Positions 58,739 to 64,000 of a DNA stretch of 64,000 nt are shown here, piece after piece (positions within the stretch are counted from its first letter, which is position 1; the number at the start of each line of letters is the position of its first letter). The position numbers and the translations under genes are program-made. The stretch lies in NCBI RefSeq assembly GCF_902713615.1, contig NW_024056036.1:186001-250000 (forward strand), in the 5' to 3' direction. This DNA is from Scyliorhinus canicula. Taxonomy: Eukaryota. The notes below the pieces were generated by a model. The model did not search any database and was not told where the DNA came from. It saw only the letters and a list, made by a program, of their open reading frames with translations.

Positions 58739-61700
58739 ACGTTCGGGGTCGTGGCAGCAGCAACCCGGGGGGGGGGGGGGGGAGGGAGGGGGGGGGGAGG
58801 GGAGGGGGGGGGGGGCAGCAAGGGTCGTGGGGGGACATGCACGACTGTAACGCGGGCAAGTCTGCTCGCTGCTCATGTCTGAAACTGTAGGCTGCCTTGT
58901 TTGTTAAGGTTGCCTGGGGGGGGGGGGGGGGGAGGACGGGTGCGCGCGAGAGGGCGGGCGAGGGAGGGACATTTGCCTAGAGGGATTGTGTTGTAAATAA
59001 TTTAAAAATTAGTAGGGGTAAATGTCTGTATGGAAAAACTCTTTCAATAAAAATTATTTAAAAAAAAAAAAAAAAAACTTTGTTCTGTGGTAGAGAATTC
59101 CACAGGCTCTCGACTCCCAGGGTGAAGATATTGCCCCTCATCTCAGTCCTAAATGGTTTACCCCGTATCCTTAGTCAGTGACCCCTAGTTCTATCTCCCC
59201 CACCATCGGGACCATCCTTTCTGCATCCGCCCTGTCTAGTCCTGTTACAATTTGATAGGTTTATAATCAGAGGGGGGATTTAATATTTAATAAATTAGTG
59301 TCTTATGATTTCTGCACCCTCCTGCCAGTGAATCAACTTTCTTCCTAATTAATCAAACAAAACCCTTCATAATTGTGACCATTTTTATCACACCTCCCAA
59401 AAACGGCTCGGTTCTAAGGAAAACAATTCCATCTTCCAACCGCTCTGTCCGTGCAACTGATACAGTGGGAAGATCAGGTTGTACATATTTTTCTGCCTTG
59501 CTTGTGTTCAGATGCTATTTTTGGAATTACTGGCCATTTATATGGAGCCAGTGGAATTCCCATTCACCAATACCACCGTGTCCGAATTAGACACAAGACG
59601 GGGGCAGCACGGTGGTGCAGTGGTGCAGTGGTTAGCACTGTTGTCTCACGGCGCCGAGGTACCAGGTTTGATCCCGGCTCTTGGTCCCTGTCTGTGTGGA
59701 GTTCACACATTCTCCCTGTATCTGCGTGGGTTTCACCCCCAAACCCAAAGATGTGCAGCGTAGGTGGTTTGGCTGCTCTAAATTGCCCCTTGATTTGGAA
59801 AAAAATAATTGGGTACTCTAAATTTATAACAAGACTAAGACACAAGACTAAGAAAAGACTAGCCTCTGAAAATTAAATTGACCCATGTTAGGCTGGACCC
59901 AGAATTAGAACTTTTGATACACTGAGCAATATTTCAGAATGTAATGTCAACATGCAAACCATGATAGGTTAACAGTCTTGTCTCAGTGGAATCAATATCA
60001 CTTCTCACAAGAGATACCTGAGCCCATGATCCAGATGTGATCCAATGCAGGAATATTTAATGTTTCAGTTGCTCCATCTTTTAGATTATGATTACTGGAC
60101 TGGTAATCTGGAGGCCTGAACTATTACTTCAGAGACTCGAGTCTCATATTGCAATGATGTGAGCAGTTTTGGTCTCCTTACCAAAGGGTAGATATTTTGG
60201 AGGCAGTCCAGAGAAGGTTCATTAGGTTAATCTCGGGTGTGGATGGATTTTCATCGGTAGCTGGAATTTCACAGCACAGAAAGAGGTTCTTCGGCCCATC
60301 GTTACTGCTCCTGTCATCAAATAGAGAGGAATCCGGCCGTGGAAAGTCTTGAAACACAGACCTCTCGGTTTGCAGCGAAAAACGTTGACCAATTGCACCA
60401 CAGAGACTGACATGAGGAGAGTCTAAGTTGGGAAGACCTACACGCATTGGAGTTTAGAAGAATGAGAGGCTAACGTACTGAGATATGTAGTATTTTCAAG
60501 GAGCTTGACAATGTGGATGCTCGAGGTTGTTTCTGCTTGTGGGAGAGTCTGGGACCGTAGGGCACCATCTCAGAGTAAGGTGTCGCTCATTTCAGACGTG
60601 GATGAAGAGGAATTTCGTCTCTCAGAGGGGAGTAATTCTATGGTGCAGAGAATTGGAGAGGCCGGGTCAATAAATATGTCCAAGACTGAGACAGACAGAT
60701 TTTTCATTAGTAAGGGAATCAAGGGTTATGGGGATAAGGCGGAAAAGTGGAGTTGAGGATTTATTAGATCAGCCACGATCTCATTGAATGGCAGACCATA
60801 TTCCATGGGCCGAATGGCCACCTTCTGCTCCTACATCTTATGGTTTGAAAATGAAGATCGCTTATTGTCACGAGTAGGCTTCAACGAAGTTAATGTGAAA
60901 AGCCCCTAGTCGCCACACTCCGACACCTGGCCGGGGAGGCTGGTACGGGAATCGAACCGTGGTGCTGGGCTGCTTGGTCTGCTTTAAAAGCCAGCGATTT
61001 AGCCCAGTGAGCTAAACCGGCGCCTGATTTTATGGCAGCTGGGGGACTTTCAATTGAATTAATTAATAAATCAGAAATAAAATTGTTGCGTCATTCATAA
61101 TACTCATGAAGCCAGCGAAATTTGTCAAAGCCCGGCAGGTTCACCAATATCCTTCAGGAGAAGAAAACTTCCCTCCTTACCCTGTCTGGTCTCTATGTAT
61201 CTAGTTCAGCAGTGGTGTGGTTGATGCTTAACTATCTCTGATATTGCCGAGCAAAGCAATCAGTTCAAGGTCTGCTGCTACATAAAGTCAGAAGTGAATT
61301 CAACCGTCCGAAGTGCACCTTATCTAAAAGGTGGTTCACATCCGGCTTCTCAGGATGGATAGTTAATGCTGACTGTGTCAGTGAGGGTCATATTCCGAGA
61401 ATAAATGTTAAAAACTGTGCAAAGTGCTGCAGATTCCGGAAATGTAAAACAAAAACAAAACAAAAGGCTGCTCAGCAGGTCAGTGAGCATCAGCAGAAAG
61501 AGAAAGAGATTCACATTTCAGGTGGATTACCTCAATGACATAATTCTAAAGAGCAGAGCTGCTTTTCCCAGTATCCTCGACCAATGTCCGTTCTTCATGT
61601 AAAATCACAGATTAGTCGGTCACTTATCACATCTCAGTTTGTGGGAGCTTGCTGTGCACAAATTCTCCGCTCTGTTTCCGACATTACAGCAGTGTCTAAA

Positions 61701-64000
61701 TTCAGCTAAAATACATCAGTGAGTTTGAAGGGCGTTGGAATGACCTGAGGTCGGGTAGAGTGTTTTACAAAAGCAAGCTCTTTCCACACGTTTACATTTT
61801 AAAATGCAGGTTGTAATATGTTGAAAGATCTGAGATTAATGTGACTATGGGTCACTCCTGTGCCTGATGTTTTAATTTATCGCCTTTAAATCGGTTAATG
61901 TTTCAATTAAATTAATATTCAGTGGAATAACAGCCTGGTTAAAGATGATTTATTAATTGAGGCATCAGAACTTTCAGAATTAATACTTAATTTAAATTTA
62001 TTTTTTCATTTCAATTAAGTAACATCTGTTCTAATGGATGTTTCTATACGTTTCAACCAACTGTCAATATTCTTAAAATAAACCGCTATTTTGAGTTGAA
62101 CCTAATCACAAATGACTGTGTTTATCTCGTTTTGTTGATGCAAACACTTCATTGTAACCAGTGAGGTGTGTATGTAAATAAACACAGAAATAGAAGTCTC
62201 AGATTAGATTATACACTGACAAAAGCACAACAACTATTTCCCCACCGACACTGCACAGAAATAGAGGCAAAGACGCAAATAGATCAACGGATTCCAGTAA
62301 TTATTGTTTTTGACATTTGATTCTTCATCAGTTATATGAGAAAAAGGTCATCATGATATCCATGTTCAGAATTAGGAAAGATTCCCTCTAATCTCGAAAT
62401 ATAATGACATGCAAAATATGAGTTTTCCAGTTCTTCTGTATCTGATATCTGTCCCTTTTTCCTAACTGGTTCTGTTTCATGTCTCTCCACGATGGGCCAT
62501 TGCCTTTAATCGGCAACATGAAGTCAACATGTGCCGAATATAATCTCTCAGCGCAATCTTACCCCATTGGCTTCCAACTAAATGGATCGAATCCAATGAA
62601 TTGGAATACATAGACACAGTTTTACTCTAAAATGTGGTTGGAGCATTCAATTACCTTGTAGTGTTTAATGAGAACTGTAGAGAAACATTTACCCAGTGTC
62701 TAACCTGAGCTGAACAGGGTGGTGAGGATTTGATGTGGCAGTGCCGAAGGATCTTTCCTATATCTAACCGGGCTGACAGAGATAGATAGTCTCTTGATTA
62801 ATAAGGGAATATGGGGTTATGGCGAGAAGGCAGGAGATAGGCTATTAGAAACATAACAGTCATGATTGAATGCGGAGCACGCTCGATTGGCCTAATCTTC
62901 GAATTCTGCTCCTGTGCCTTTTGGTTTTATGGTAGGAAGACCATCTATGGACTATCTTAGAATAGATAGGTACCTGATTGCCATCGCAGATATGGTGGGT
63001 GACGGGCATCTTTCTGTATTGTAAACCTCTAACTCTCCATGACTCCATGCCAAGGTCTAAAACGATTATTACTCATATGGGGTGGTGATTAACCTAAACT
63101 AATCTAATAATATTTGTTTCACAAGTAAACTGACATTAGCCCTGCAATGAAGTCACTGTGAAAAGATCCCAGTCGCCACATTCCGCCGTCTGTTTGGGTA
63201 CACAGACGGAGAATTCAGAACTGCACATCTTTCGGGACTTGTGGGAGGAAACCGGAGCACCCTATGGAAACCCCCGCAGACACGGGGAGAACGTGCCGAC
63301 TCCGCACTGACTGGGACTCTGGCGCTGTGAAGCAACAGTGCTACTGAGATTGGATACAGTGCAGTGATTACTGATGCAAGGTCTCAACTAGCATAAACCG
63401 AAACAGGTTCTAGTTCAGAAATTACTGATACAAAGGTTGATTGCCCTTAAATGATATAGAGCAGTGATTATTGATTCAGGGTCTGGAATATTATAAACTG
63501 AGGTAGGGTCTCTTGCAGTCATTCCTGCTACAGGGTCTGGATTAATATATGTGTAAAGACTTATTAGGACAGATGATTAAAAACTTGGTCGACGAGGCAG
63601 GTTATATGGGATGATTTTATTAAGGGAATTGAGGTAAAGAGGAGTGGGGAATGAATACCAGAGCTTAGGGCCGAGACGCATGAAGACATCGCAAAGCAAA
63701 ACAATTAATTCTGAACATAACATAACGTCTTGATAAATTACAGTTGCAACACTCCAGAACAATATTTTATATGCACAACTGCGTGAACGGCCAATCCCTT
63801 TTTGAAGTGAATTCACTTGCTGTTCTTAACCAGATGAGAGTTCTATGATTGTGTGGACATTTATCCTGTGGGAGCCATTCTAGTGATTCTGTGAGAGCAC
63901 TGATCTGCCTCACACTGCCAGTATATTAGGCGTTTAGTGAATATAAAACGAAGCAGAAAAAAAATCCTCACCATGAAAACCAGTTTCCAATGGATAGAGT

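Larger units (their letters stand above)
53176..59076 (+). mobile_element. Full-length L1-clade LINE (~5.9 kb) with poly(A) and 15-bp TSD, inserted into a minus-strand CR1 3' end
   Basis: TSD ACTTTGTTCTGTGGT at 53161-53175 and 59077-59091; AATAAA at 59046; host CR1 resumes at 59092. Confidence 0.95.

Noticed and set aside
59601-59690. SINE heads as additional tRNA genes
   Set aside because: They continue into V-SINE cores and tails and lack a complete cloverleaf.
32700-64000. TCR D, J or C segments, IgH-like V or NAR-TCR domains
   Set aside because: No 12-RSS/FGxG motif or C-domain exon was seen by eye; very diverged segments could have been missed.

Overview
Vertebrate genomic DNA from a cartilaginous fish (shark/ray-type HE1 SINEs, CR1, L1, Rex/Babar and Penelope elements). 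The window holds part of a T-cell receptor alpha/delta V-gene cluster: about 10 V segments between 1 and 32.6 kb in both orientations. Three are intact (all minus strand, with leader exon, V exon and RSS) and the rest are pseudogenes. The left 23 kb is interdigitated with a tandemly and invertedly duplicated tRNA array (Pro-TGG, Val, Arg-ACG, Asn-GTT) whose spacers are built largely from decayed Penelope 3' ends. The most unusual signal is a family of tRNA-Pro(TGG) genes with an 18-nt insertion at the canonical 37/38 intron position. Also notable are Val-body tRNAs with five different anticodons, a V exon captured by the tRNA repeat, CTCF motifs at V promoters and hammerhead-like motifs in Penelope termini. 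The right half is repeat-dense: a full-length L1 with a 15-bp TSD, a Penelope element with inverted termini, CR1/L2 remnants, SINEs, a 78-bp minisatellite and a 402-N gap. I found no D, J or C segments. All calls were made by eye; repeat boundaries are approximate.
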